Assembly (NCBI GenBank): GCA_038087875.1
Contig: CM075991.1
Span: 13,828,001-13,892,000 of the forward strand
DNA from: Malacoraja senta
Lineage: Eukaryota
Length of the DNA stretch: 64,000 nt
Direction of reading: 5' to 3'
Under the pieces are notes generated by a model. That model ran no database searches and was not told the DNA's origin. It saw only the letters and a program-made list of their open reading frames with translations. Positions 51,589 through 64,000 of this stretch are shown here, piece after piece (the stretch's first letter is position 1; every line of letters begins with the position of its first letter). Made by a program: the position numbers and the translations under genes.

Positions 51589-53904
51589 CTTCAGGCACAA
51601 AGAGAAAACAAATCATTTTACTTTGGTTTTCAATTCTGTCCACGGAAAATGGGCAGCGCTGTCACGGGTCAAGTCTTTATCGCCAGTCTTCAAACACAAT
51701 GTGCTGGAGTAACCCAGCGGGTCGGGCAGCGTCTGTGGAGGGAAATGGGCAGGCAACCTTCCGGGTCGCGACCCTTCTTCAGACTGATTGTAGTGGGGGA
51801 GGGGGGGAGGCTGGAAGAGAGGTGGAGGCATGAGACAAAGCTTGGCAAGTGATAGGTGGACGAAATGTGTGGGAAGGAACTGCAGATGCTGGTTTAAACA
51901 GAAGGTAGACCATTTAGAACGGAGACGAGGAAACACTTTTTCTCACAGAGAGTGGTGAGTCTGTGGAATTCTCTGCCTCAGAGGGCGGTGGAGGCAGGTT
52001 CTCTGGATGATTTCAAGAGAGAGCTAGATTGGGCTCTTAAAAATAGCGGAGTCAGGGGATATGGGGAGAAGGCAGGAACGGGGTACTGATTGGGGATGAT
52101 CAGCCATGATCACATTGAATGGCGGTGCTGGCTCGAAGGTCCGAATGGCCTACTCCTGCACCTATTGTCTATTGTAGATATAAAATGCTGGAGTAACTCA
52201 GCGGGACAGGCAGCATCTCTGGAGAGAAGGAATGGGTGACGTTTTCGGGTCGAGACCCTTCTTCAGACTGGTTAGGGGAAAACGGAAACGAGAGATATAG
52301 ACGATGATGTGGAGAGATAAAGAACGATGAATGAAAGATGCAAAATTGTAACGATGATAAAGGAAACAGGCCATTGTTAGCTGTTTGTTGGGTGAAAACG
52401 TGAAGCTGGTGCGACTTGGTGGATACAGGTGAGGAGGGTTTAGTTGTCAGATGGGTAGAGATGGAAACGAGAGGAAAGGGAGTCAAGTAAAAAGAGAGGA
52501 GCGAAAGGAAAGAAAAGAAAGCCAAAGGAAGGGATGTAGGTGGAAGTGGACAGGGCAAGGGTAAAGGGAAGCAGGGATAGTTGGAGAAAATGGTGTGCAT
52601 CAGTGTGGGGAACAGGGAAGAGAGGGGGTGGGGTGGGGGAAAGGAGGGTGGGTGACCTAACATTGGAGTATTCAATGTTCATACTGCTGGGTTGTGAGCT
52701 ACCCAAACAGAATATGAGGTGCTGGTCCTCCAGTTTGCATGTGGCCTCACTCTGACAATGGAGGCGGCCCATTGTAGGTTGATTGGTAAAGTTGTAAATT
52801 GTCCCAAGTGTGCGTAGGATAGTGTTAGTGCGCAGGGATTGCTGGTCGCCACGGGCATGGTGGGCCGAAGGGCCTGATTCCTCGCTGAATCTCCAAAATG
52901 AAAGATCTGAACAAGGTCCCTACGCATTGTCCTGTCCGTTCCCTCCGCAGATGCTGCCTGACCTGCTGAGTTTCTTTGATCACTTTGTGTTTTACTCAAG
53001 ATTCCAGAGCCTGCAGTCAGTCCCCTCTTGTGAGGGCTGTGCCCCGTGGCTGAAGCTCCCTGGCCTGCAGGGGAACCACTTGTGAGGGCCGTGCCCCGTG
53101 GCTGAAGCTCCCTGGCCTGCAGGGAGAGCCACCGAGACGCCCCCCCCCCCCCTCCGCCGGTGCGGAGCGGGTCCGGGATCCAGCCTACCGTGTCCTTGAG
53201 GTCGGCTGCGAGAGTCTCCCCCATAGGGAACAAAGATGGACGGGCGAGGAGAGGGACGTGGGTTCGCTGGTCGCCAACTTTCTCACTCCCAAATAACGGA
53301 CAAAAGGCCAAAATACGGGACAAATTCCCGACGGCAATTCGTTGACCGACTCGGCCGTGTCTGGGTGAATTGATGAGTTGGCCCCGGGTGCTGGACTGCA
53401 CACAAAGCCCAGCCGGCGGGCCAGCTGAGGAGTTTTGGCCCAGGCGCGACAAAGTCCGGCACCCCATCCAACGCATGAACCGATGATCGCCCATGAGAAT
53501 AGACAATAGACAATAGGTGCAGGAGTAGGCCATTCGGCCCTTCGAGCCAGCACCGCCATTCAATGTGATCATGGCTGATCATCCCCAATCAGTACCCCGT
53601 TCCTGCCTTTTCCCCATATCCCCTGACTCCGCTATTTTTAAGAGCCCTATCTAGCTCTCTCTTGAAAGTATCCAGAGAACTGCCTCCACTGCCTCTGAGG
53701 AAGAGAATTCCACAGACTCACCACTCTTCTGTGAGAAAAAGTGTTTCCTCATCTCCGTTCTAAATGGCTTAATCCTTATTCTTAAACTGTGGCCCCTGGT
53801 TCTGGACTCCCCCAACAACGGGAAATGTTTCCTGCCTCCAGCGTGTCCAAGCCCTTAACAATCTTATATGTTTCAATAAGATCCAATACTGATCACAATA
53901 ATGA

Positions 53905-54197
53905 TTCACTAAGTAGGGGTGGTGGTGGTGTCGGCGGTAAGCGAAGGTCCGAAGGTCGGACAACTGGCCGGGCTGCCGACCGACGGGCCCACGGGCTAGG
54001 CGTTGCTGCTGCACTCCATGGGCTGCACCACATCGGGACGGGTAAGACGGGGCCTGACGCGGCGCTCCGACCCGACAGTCCCCTCGACCCGAGTAGCAAC
54101 AGTCAAGTACGGGACAAGGGCGGTTCCCGTACGCGACAAACCAATTTAGCCCAAAAAACAGGATGTCCCGGCTAATACGGGACAGTTGGCAACCCTA
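53905..54197. mobile_element. hAT-like DNA transposon end fragment
   Basis: Terminus ..gggacagttggcaacccta (TAGGGTTGCCAAC on minus) with subterminal tacgggac repeats; other end not found. Confidence 0.55.
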
Positions 54198-55025
54198 CTG
54201 GTCAACTCACACGTCCAAGGGAAGGCGGTGGCTGGAGGCCCTGCAGAAGCCCTGGGGCTCGCCTGGAACGGGCACTGTTCATAATACCTAAAGTGTGGAC
54301 TAGATTCTGAAAATGGCGCCAAAATATGGCGCCCCTTGCACGCAGGCCTCAGTGGACTATTTCTGTACAATTTGCTAATCGGGGATGTGCTTAGGTACGG
54401 CAATACTCTACTGGACTGTTTGTAAGAACATAATTTCTCTGTGTGTTTGCACTTTGCACATGTGACTATAAAAACATCAGTGTTTCCGAAGGAACTGGAG
54501 GTGCTTTCCGAAGGAACTGCAGGTGCTGGTTGAAATCGACACAAAAACCTGGAGTAACTCAGCGGGACAGGCAGCATCTCTGGAGAAGGAATGGGTGACG
54601 TTTCGGGTTGAGACCCTTCTTCAGACCATTGAACGAATCCGTCGTGTTAGTCATGTTTCATTAGTAAGGGCGTCAGGGGTAACGGGGAGAAGGCAGGGGA
54701 ATGGGGAGGAACTTCTTTAGCCAGAGGGTGGTGAATCTGTGGAATTCATCGCCACAGAAGGCTGTGGAGGCCAAGGTCAATGGATATTTTTAAGGCAGAG
54801 ATCAGAAAATTCTTGATTGGTACGGGTGCCAGGGGTTATGGGGAGAAGGCAGGAGAATGGGGTTAGGAGGGAGAGATAGATCAGCCCATGATTGAATGGC
54901 GAAGTCGACTTGATGGGCTGAATGGCCTAATTCTACTGGTGTGGTGCAATGAAGGAAATATTGTCTTCAAGCAGGATTCAAATGAACAACATGCCCAAGG
55001 GAGATATAATAAACTGGGTATTTAC

Positions 55026-55186
55026 CTTTTTGAATCCCTCCAGGACCCCTTTCATGTTCTCGTACCTCCGGAAGAGGTCGGATAAGGACCTCTCGACAGA
55101 GTTGAGGTCAGACAGGGCTTGGTCCTTCTCTGCCATCAGCTGCTGCATGGACGTCTGGGAAGCCATTTTGTTCTTATGTTCGTCGT
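55026..55186 (-). CDS. TACC1: TACC1 coding exon
   Basis: gccgccag|AC GAC...AAG|gtaaat, 161 nt, phase 1/0. Encodes DEHKNKMASQTSMQQLMAEKDQALSDLNSVERSLSDLFRRYENMKGVLEGFKK; SLSDLFRRYEN..GVLEGFKK fits TACC1 better than TACC2 or TACC3. Confidence 0.95.
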
Positions 55187-55562
55187 CTGGCGGCGAAGGG
55201 CGGGAGTTACGGCGGGGGGACCCGGCGCCGCACAAATGTAGAGTATTGGAGGAGCCGGCCGTGGGGGGGAGCGCCGTGAGGGGGGGGGGGAGGAGAACAA
55301 GGGAGAAGCTGGCCGGCGTACTTTGTAACTGTGTCAGTGCCGTAGGTAGCCGCTATGTGTATCTCCAAGCAAAGAATTTCACTGTGCCCAGTCACATGTG
55401 ACAACAAAGTATTCCATTCCATCCCAAATGCAAGACGTTCCCTGACCTTCAGCTACCCGGACCAAGGTACGGTGGGGACATTCAACAGCCCTGGGCGAGA
55501 GGAACAAAGTGCAGTACAGCACAGGAACAGGCCCTTCGGCCCGCGATGTCCGTGTTGATCAA

Positions 55563-55861
55563 TACATAGAAACATAGAAACATAGAAAATAGGTGCAGGA
55601 GTAGGCCATTCGGCCCTTCGAGCCTGCACCGCCATTCAATATGATCATGGCTGATCATCCAACTCAGTATCCTGTACCTGCCTTCTCTCCATACCCCTGA
55701 TCCCTTTAGCCACAAGGGGCCACATCTAACTCCCTCTTAAATATAATAATAATAATAATAATCATTTTATTTACTGGCGCCTTTCTAAAACCCAAGGACA
55801 CCTTACAATGCATAGAATCACAACAAAACAAAAAAAACACATATCGGAATAAATTAAATTT

Positions 55862-55897
<36 letters not shown>

Positions 55898-58800
55898 CCA
55901 ATGAACTGGCCTCAACTACATTTTGTGGCAGAGAATTCCAGAGATTCACCACTCTCTGTGTTAAAAATGTTTTCCTCATCTCAGTCCTAAAAGATTTCCC
56001 CTTTATCTTTGAACTGTGACCCCTCGTTCTGGACTTCCCCAACATCGGGAACAATCTTCCTGCATCTAGCCTGTCCAACCTCTCAAGAATTTTGTAAGTT
56101 TCTATAAGATCCCCCCTCAATCTTCTAAATTCTAGCGAGTACAAGCCGAGTCTATCCAGTCTTTCTTCATATGAAAGTCCTGACATCCCAGGAATCAGTC
56201 TGGTGAACCTTCTCTGTACTCCCTCTATGGCAAGAATGTCATTCCTCAGATTAGGAGACCAAAACTGTACGCAATACTCCAGGTGTGGTCTCACCAAGAC
56301 CCTGTACAACTGCAGTAGAACCTCCCTGCTCCTATACTCAAATCCTTTTGCTATGAATGCTAACATACCATTCGCTTTCTTCACTGCCTGCTGCACCTGC
56401 ATGCCTACTTTCAATGACTTTTGTACCATGACACCCAGGTCTCGTTGCATCTCCCCTTTTACTAATCGGCCACCATTCAGGTAATAGTCTACTTTCCTGT
56501 TTTTGTCACCAAAGTGGATAACCTCACATTTATCCACATTATACTGCATCTGCCATGCATTTGCCACTCACCCAGCCTATCCAAGTCATCTTGCAGCCTC
56601 CAAGCACCCTCCTCACAGCTAACACTGCCCCCCAGCTTAGTGTCATCCGCAAACTTGGAGATGTTGCATTCAATTCCCTCGTCCAAATCATTAATATATA
56701 TTGTAAATAGCTGGGGTCCCAGCACTGAGCCTTGCGGTACCCCACTAGTCACTGCCTGCCATTCTGAAAAGGACCCGTTAACTCCTACTCTTTGCCTTCC
56801 TGTTTGCCAGCCAGTTCTCTATCCACATCAATACTGACCCCAATACCGTGTGCTTTAAGTTTGTATACTAATCTCTTATGTGGGACCTTGTCAAAAAGCC
56901 TTCTGAAAAGTCCACATATAACACATCCACTGGTTCTCCCTTATCCACTCTACTAGTTACATCCTCGAAAAATTCTATAAGGTTCGTCAGACAAGATTTA
57001 CCTTTCATAACTCCATACTGACTTTGTCCAATGATTTCACCACTTTCCAAATGTGCCTGCTATCCCATCTTTAATAACTGACTCTAGCAGTTTCCCCACT
57101 ACCGATGTTAGACTAACTGGTCTGCAATTCCCCGCTTTCTCTCTCCTCCCTTTTTAAAAAGTGGGGTTACACTGGCTACCCTCCAATCCTCAGGAACTAC
57201 TCCAGAATCCAAAGAGTTTTGAAAAATTATCACTAATGCATCCACTATTTCTGGGGCTTACTTCCTCAAGTACTCTGGGATGCAGCCTATCTGGCCCTGG
57301 GGATTTATCGGCCTTTAATCCATTCAATTTACCTAACCACCACTTCCCGGCTAACCTGGATTTCACTCAGTTCCTCCATCTCATTTTACCCCCGGTCCCC
57401 TGCTATTCCGGCTGATTAATTAAGTCTTCCTTAGTGAAGACAGAACCAAAGTAGTTATTCAATTGGTCTGCCATGTCCTTGTTCCCCATGATCAATTCAC
57501 CTGTTTCTGACTGCAAGGGACCTACATTTGTTTTAACTAATCTTTTTCTCTTCACATATCTATAAAAACTTTTGCAGTCAGTTTTTATGTTCCCTGCCAA
57601 TTTTCTTTCATAATCTATTTTCCCTTTCCTAATTAAGCCCTTTGTCCTCCTCTGCTGGACTCTGAATTTCTCCCAGTTCTCTGGTAGGCTGCTTTTTCTG
57701 GCTAATTTGTATGCTTCATCTTTTGTTTGATACTATCCCTGATTTCCCTTGTTATCCACGGATGCACTACCTTCCCTGATTTATGCTTTTGCCAAACGGG
57801 ATGAACAATTGTTGTAGTTCATCCATGCAGCCTTTAAATGCCTTCCATTGCATATCCACCGTCAACCCTTTAAGTATCAATTGACAGTCTATCTTGGCCA
57901 ATTCACGTCTCATACCTTCAAAGTTACCTTTCTTTAAGTTCAGAACCCTTGTTTCTGAATTAATTATGTCACTCTCCATCCTAATGAAGAACTCAACCAT
58001 ATTATGGTCACTCTTGCCCAAGGGGCCACGCACAACAAGATGGCTAACTAACCCTTCCTCATTACTCAATACCCAGTCTAGAATAGCCTGCTCTCTCTTT
58101 GGTTCCTCTACATGTTGGTTTAGATAACTATCCCGCATACATTCCAAGAAATCCTCTTCCTCAGCACCCCTGCCAATTTGATTCACCCAATCTATATGTA
58201 GATTGAAGTCACCCATTATAACTGTTTTACCTTTGTTGCACGCATTTCTAATTTCCTGTTTGATGCCATCCCCAACTCCACTACTACTGTTAGGTGGCCT
58301 GTACACAACTCCCAATAGCGTTTTCTGCCCCTTAGTGTTTCGCAGCTCTACCCATACCGATTCCACATCCTCCAAGCTAATGTCCTTCCTTTCTATTGCG
58401 TTAATCTCCTCTCCTAACCAGCAACGCTACCCCACCTCCTTTTCCTTTCTGTCTATCCCTCCTGAATATTGAATATCCCTGGATGTTCAGCTCCCAGCCT
58501 TGGTCAACCTGGAGCCATGTCTCTGTGATCCCAACTATATCATAGTCATTAATAGCTATCTGCACATTCAACTCATCCACCTTATTACGAATGCTCCTTG
58601 CATTGAGACACAAAGCCTTCACGCTTGTTTTTACAACACTCTTACCCCTTATACAATTATGTTGAAAAATGGCCCTTTTGATTTTTGCCCTGGATTTGTC
58701 TGCCTACCAATTTTACTTTTCACCTTGCTACCTATTGCTTCTACCCTCATTTTACACCCCACTGTCTCTCTGCTCACACATTTAAGAAACCCACCACCTC

Positions 58801-58930
58801 TTATTCCCTGTTTATTATTATTTTCTTCTTTCCCCCCTACATGTTGGGTCTGAGTGCTTCCCTTCTCTGCCTCCTGCCTCACACACTGTCTACCAGCTTT
58901 CTCTATTTGAGTCCCAATTTGAATATGCCA
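55563..58930 (-). mobile_element. CR1-clade LINE, near-complete ORF2 (APE endonuclease + reverse transcriptase) with frameshifts, in a TACC1 intron
   Basis: Consecutive ORF pieces: NARSIRNK..GITETWL and GDFN..SDHN (APE); [28 protein letters not shown] (RT); [13 protein letters not shown]. Ends in a (TTTCTATG)n tail at ~55563-55588. Confidence 0.95.
55742..55895 (-). mobile_element. Short L2-type 3' tail retroposon fragment nested in the CR1 3' end
   Basis: Minus strand TGTAAGGTGTCCTTGGGTTTTAGAAAGGCGCC..AATAAA..(TTA)n, resembling an L2/SINE 3' stem-loop tail. It interrupts the CR1 sequence ctcttaaatatagccaatg seen intact at ~23824. Confidence 0.6.
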
Positions 58931-60808
58931 AGTTAAACTCATCTCCCTCCAAAGACGTGCAGGTTTGTAGGTTAATTGGCTTCTGTGAACTGTAAATTGT
59001 CTCTAGTCATAGAGTGATGGAAACAGGCCCTTCGGCCCAACTTGCCCACTCCGGCCAACATGTCCCAGGTACACTGGTCCCACCTGCCTGCGCTTGGTCC
59101 ATATCCCTCCAAACCTGTCCTATCCGTGTAACTGAGGGTCTCGACCCAAAACGTCGCCCATTCCTTCTCTCCAGAGATGCTGCCTCACCCGCTGAGTTAC
59201 TCCAGTATTTTGTGTCTACCTTCAATTTCAACCAGCATCTGCAGTTCTTTCTTGAACCTAAACTGCAACTGATATGAGCGTGCAATTCAAGAGACTTCCT
59301 GATAAGGTTCTGACTGTCAGTCGTGGATATGGAGGGATGTGACTTATATGCAGGTAGCTAACAGTTCATGTCAGAGGAGTAGAATTAGGCCATTCGGCCC
59401 ATCGATTCTACCCCGCCATTCGTTCATGTCTGATCTATCTTTCCCTCCCAACCCCATTCTCCTGCCTTCTCCTAAAACCCTTTCCAAATTTCCCTCAGCA
59501 CTTATGAAAAATCGAAGACAGAGCTCGCCCTACACAGCTCCAAGCCCCACCCTGCCCGTCCACCCTCACAGGGCATCTTAGTTTAGTTTAGTTTAGAGAT
59601 ACAGAACAGAAACAGGCCCTTCGGCCCACCATGTCTGCACCGACCAACGATCCCGCACATTAACACAATCCTACGGGACAATTTTTACATTTACACCCAG
59701 CTAATTAACCTACCTACCTGTACGTCTTTGGAGTGTGGGTGGAAACCGAAGATCTCGGAGGAAACCCACGCGGTCACGGGGAGAACGTGCAAACTCCGTA
59801 CAGACAAGCACCCGTAGTCGGGATCGAACCTGGGTCTCCCACGCTGCAAGGCAGCAGCTCCACCGCTACGCCACCATGGTTGGATTGCCCCTCTAGGGAG
59901 ATGTGGAGGACACAGGCCAGCGTAGCCCATCCCTCGCGCCCGACGGACAGAGTGCTTTGTTCCCTCAATGGTCTGAGCTGCCGTCGGGAGTCTACCACGT
60001 TGGTGGCTCTGGAATCCCATGCAGGCCCGACTGGGTAAGGACGCCAGACCTCTTTGCCTTGAGGACATTCGTGAACCCACCATCTGCAGTTCCTTACCTC
60101 CACATTACTGGACCAGGTAGGTTTCCCCACAATAACTCAATGCTACAGGTTTGCAGTATACATTGAACTCACTCAGCTGCCATGCCCCGGGTACAAAGTT
60201 GACATTACATAGTGACCATGAACTACCATGTTGTCGGAGAAACCCACTCGGTTCACTCATGCAGACATTCAATCTGACCTCTGGGCAATGCCCCAGTTAG
60301 TCCTCTTCAAGGTTAGACTGCTAGGGCAGCAAGGTGGCACAGCAGTAGAGTGGCTGCCTCACAGCGCCAGAGACCCAGGTTCCATCCTGACTACGGGTGC
60401 TCTCTGTACGGAGTTTGCACGGTCTCTCTGTGACCGCGTGGGTTTTCTCTGGGTGCTCTGGATTCCCCCACACTCCAAAGGCGTGCAGGTTTGTAGGTTA
60501 ATTGGCTTTGGTTACAAATTGCACATTGTCCCTAGTGTGCTGGATAGCGCTAGTGTGTGGGGTGATCGCTGGTCGGCACGGACTCGGTGGGCCGAGGGGC
60601 TTGTTTTTGTGCTGTATCTCTAAAGTTGAAAGTGAAGTCAGCCTGACAGTTAGAGAGAAATAAGACCCCTTCAGCACGGCCTCTACTAGTTCTTGCCCCG
60701 TCCCGCCAATGCCTCATACACTAAATGCTTTTACTGCTTTCACAGCAGGGACATGACTACAGACAGTGAGCCACTGGCTTTGCCTGGTTGCGTCGACTAG
60801 TCACTTAC

Positions 60809-60852
60809 CGATCATCTGGGCAATGGTGTTCTCATACTCTGCGACAATCTTC
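60809..60852 (-). CDS. TACC1: TACC1 coding exon
   Basis: ttttgcag|G AAG ATT...ATC G|gtaagt, 44 nt, phase 2/1. Encodes KIVAEYENTIAQMI; phases match both neighbours. Confidence 0.93.
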
Positions 60853-60914
60853 CTGCAAAATGAAGCAAAATATCAACAATGAGCAAGTACCCAGGCACAG
60901 TGTTGAACAGTTCA

Positions 60915-61158
60915 AGGGCCTGTCCCACTTGGCGATTTTTTCGGCGACTGCCGGCATCATTGACTGACGTATTAGGTCACTGAAAATTCGCGGCGTGATG
61001 CGGCGGTTAACGCGGTGTGATGACGTATGACACGCGGTTTTTTCAGGTGTCACAACATTTTTTTTGTCACCGCTGGATTTTGAAATGTTCAAAATCTTTT
61101 GGCGACACTGATATGACGTCGGCAGTCGCCAAAAAAATCGCCAAGTGGGACAGGCCCT
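60915..61158. mobile_element. PIF/Harbinger-type MITE (partial inverted copy at ~61248-61406)
   Basis: Long TIR AGGGCCTGTCCCACTTGGCGATTTTTT..GGCGACTGCC and its inverse; TTA on the right flank. Confidence 0.82.
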
Positions 61159-61879
61159 TTAGTATGTACAGCAGGTAAACATACGGCACAGTGGCACAGC
61201 GGTAGAGTTGCTGCCTCACAGCACCAGAGACCAAGTGAGAGAAAGATCGGGGTCGCCGAAAGATTTTGAAATGTTGCAACACATGAGGAAACACCGCGCT
61301 TCACCACGTCGTCACGCCGCATCACGTCGCGACTTTTCCGGTGACCTGCCACGTCAGTCAATGATGCCGACAGTCGGCGAAAAAATCGCCAAGTGGGACA
61401 GGCCCTTTCCTCAACGTGGGGTCAGATGCACAGAAAACATAAACTATTCCCATCTCAAATTTCGCTTGGGCAGCTCCCAGCCCAGTGGTATGAATATTGA
61501 TTTCTCTCACTTCAGGTAGCCCCGGGGGATGCAAGCAGAAGCCTCCACGTGGCGCATCCGGGCAATGCTGACGACAGAAACTGCACCACAGTGACTGACT
61601 GAAGTAGCCAATTCTGCAACCACCGACCGTCAACCGTCACTGACCGACCGGAAAGACGTGATATGGAAGATGGCCAGACACGAGGAAGAAGGTAGCCCCG
61701 GCATTCCCTCTCTCTCTAGCCCGACCCCCCCCCCCCCACCCAAGTCACACCAGCTTCTCGTTTTCACCCAACAAACAGCTAACAATGGCCTGTTTCCTTT
61801 ATCATCGTTACTTTTTTGCATATCTTTCATTCATTGTTCTTTATCTCGCTACATCTTCGTCTACATTTCTCTTTCGGGT

Positions 61880-62793
61880 TCATTCTCTAGGTCTGCACAA
61901 AACTTGAGAGTCTTTAATTTACTACAGAAGTCTTTAATGCTTTACTCAAAATGGCTGCACACACACACAGATAGGATAAACTATATACAAAACATCTCCC
62001 TTTGTCCTGTGCAGCGCCACCTGCTGCACGGGAGGAGCAATGGGTCCTCCCACCCCACACAGTCCACCAAACATCACATTCCCCCTTTCCAGGTTGAACG
62101 TCCCCATTTAGCTGGACCTTGCTTCACTCTTTTTTCCAGCCTTTTTTGCGTTTCTGAACTCTTGCTAAAGGCTCAGAATCAACAGAGTTTTCGTCAGTGT
62201 TCTCTTTTGAAGAGATATCAGTATTTGCTTTATCTGTATGCTGTTCTTTCTCCACTTGGCTGTAGTTTTTCTCGGCGGTCGTCAGCGTTTTGGATGCGAA
62301 CGTGATTGGTTCTTCCTTGCCGTTCGGCGCCGTTTGTGAGATTACAGCTCCATGACCATACGGCGATGCATCGGCGGCCAGCGAGATCGGCTTCGATGGG
62401 TCATAGTGGGCCAAACGCGTCTTCTGGGCGAGCATCTCCTTCAACCTGGTGAATGCGTGGTCACACTATTTGGACCAGTGCCATTCGACGTCCTGTTTTC
62501 GCAGGTTATTCTCGCACTTGCTGACCATGTTGCAATCCGTGGTCGACGACAATGCCATAGTTGATCCATCGTAGATCAAGGTGTTCATGTCAAGCTTGAA
62601 AGCAAGGATCCAGTCGATGGCGCACAGGGATGGACCTTCTTTACCAACGACGATCAGCGGCAACATCTGTGTCACACCATTACATACCAGATAAACTATA
62701 TACAAAACATCTCCCGTTGTCCTGTGCAGTGCCACCTGCTGCACGGGAGGAGCAACGGGTCCTCCCACCCTACATAGACCACCAAACATCAGA
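61880..62793 (-). mobile_element. Internally deleted Gypsy/Ty3 LTR retrotransposon
   Basis: 104-bp direct repeats at 61975-62078 and 62690-62793; PPT GGAAAGGGGGAA (62079-62090) abuts TG of the 3' LTR; RNase H remnant LAHYDPSKPISLAADASPYGHGAVISQ..PITFASKTLT.AEKNYSQVEKE; protease-region remnant LPLIVVGKEGPSL..DWI. Confidence 0.88.
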
Positions 62794-63124
62794 GTCACGT
62801 TTCCCTTATCCCTAACCAGTCTTAAGAAGGTTCTCAACTCAAAAGCGGCACCCATTCCTTCTCTCCAGAGATGCTGCCTGTCCCGCCTGAGTTACTCCAG
62901 CTTTTTGTGTCAATCTTCGGTTTAAACCAGCACCTTCAGTTCCTTCTTACACATAAACTATTTTGTTTATGTAAAGCACATGAACAATCATTCTGCAACA
63001 CTTCATTTTGCTGCAAAGGAGCAACATTTTGTGTTGATCGCACAACTGCTAAACGCATACATCCGTGATCCGTCACAACGAAGGTTTACTGTATTCTCAT
63101 TCCACCGTGTTGCCCCTCACCTAC

Positions 63125-63201
63125 CTCATTTCGATGACTTCTTGCCGACTGTCTTCATATTTTTGTTTCCACTCGTTTACTTCTATCTCCTTCCCAATAA
63201 T
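63125..63201 (-). CDS. TACC1: TACC1 coding exon (first visible in window; gene continues beyond the right edge)
   Basis: acag|ATT...ATGAG|gtaggt, 77 nt, phase 0/2. Encodes IIGKEIEVNEWKQKYEDSRQEVIEM(R), the start of the TACC coiled-coil domain. Confidence 0.92.
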
Positions 63202-64000
63202 CTGTAACACGGAGAAACGTCATTAGAGACACCTTTAAAAAAAACGTTTAGTTTTAGAGACACAGCGCGGAGATACGGCCCTTCGGCCCGCCAGGTCCGC
63301 GCCGACCAGCGATCCCCGCACATTAACACTGATCTACATACATTAGCGACAGCTGACCTTCACTTCAGCCAATTAAAATGTTTTAAAAAAATTAAATTAA
63401 TTTCCAACACAAAGAAGTTATTACAAATATTAAAGTGTTTAAACAATTTCATTGGACTGTTCCCATGCAGTATCAACATGTAGTGAGGGCTGGAACGTTA
63501 CGCCAGAGATGGCGGTGGAGACGCACATGATAGTGGTTTAGTTTAGTTTAGAGATACAGCGCGGAAACAGGCCCTTCGGCCCAACAAGTCCGCACCGACC
63601 AGAGACGCCCTCACATTAACACAATCCTACACACACTAGAGACAATTTACACTTACACCAAGCCAATCAACCTACAAACCTGTACGTCTTTGGAGTGTGG
63701 AAGGAGATCTCGGAGAAACCCCAAGCAGGTCACGGGGAGAACGTACAAACTCAGTACAGGCAGCACCCGTAGTCAGGAGTGACCCCGAGTCTCTGGCGCT
63801 GTGAGGCCGCAACTCTATCGCTGTGCCGCCTGCGCTAAGAAGCTTACGGATAGATACAGGGAATAGTCAGGGAAGGCAGATAAGAATTGGTCATGGCAAC
63901 ATGTTCGGCCCAGACATTGTAGACCGAAGGGACTGTTCCTCTTCTATATTGTTCAATGTTCCAAGAATGAGTAACTTTGTTCAATTTAACACAGCCATCA

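Noticed and set aside
52679..53572. Longest ORF in the track (297 aa)
   Set aside because: It reads through a CR1 tail, a GC-rich repeat fragment, a SINE and a Penelope remnant; no coherent protein.
43800..63201. TACC2 or TACC3 identity, or a TACC pseudogene
   Set aside because: Residues such as [31 protein letters not shown] and NQEIEE fit TACC1 as I recall the paralogs. Intact splice sites and conservation argue against a pseudogene despite the single indel.

Overview
Vertebrate nuclear DNA, very repeat-rich. The repeat complement (HE1-like V-SINEs, CR1 LINEs, Penelope-like elements) points to a cartilaginous fish, probably a skate or ray; this is inference. Two spliced protein-coding genes lie on the minus strand. 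(1) The last six coding exons and 3' UTR of TACC1 (63201 down to the stop at 43800); one exon appears to lack one base in an A-run. (2) A complete three-exon, 127-aa Ly6/uPAR (three-finger) gene (38956-31426) downstream of TACC1. I found no recognisable host coding exons in 1-31 kb. The rest is mostly nested mobile DNA: CR1 (including a ~3.4 kb ORF2 copy), Rex1/Babar-like, Tx1-like, RTE-like and L2-tail retroposons, Penelope-derived units with minimal hammerhead-ribozyme cores, Harbinger-type MITEs sharing one TIR, a Helitron-like element carrying a G-rich minisatellite, a collapsed Gypsy element, a hAT-like end and a degenerate tRNA-Lys. There is one 200-N gap. Exon boundaries were read base by base; most repeat boundaries are approximate. 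Family names come from motif recognition, not database searches.
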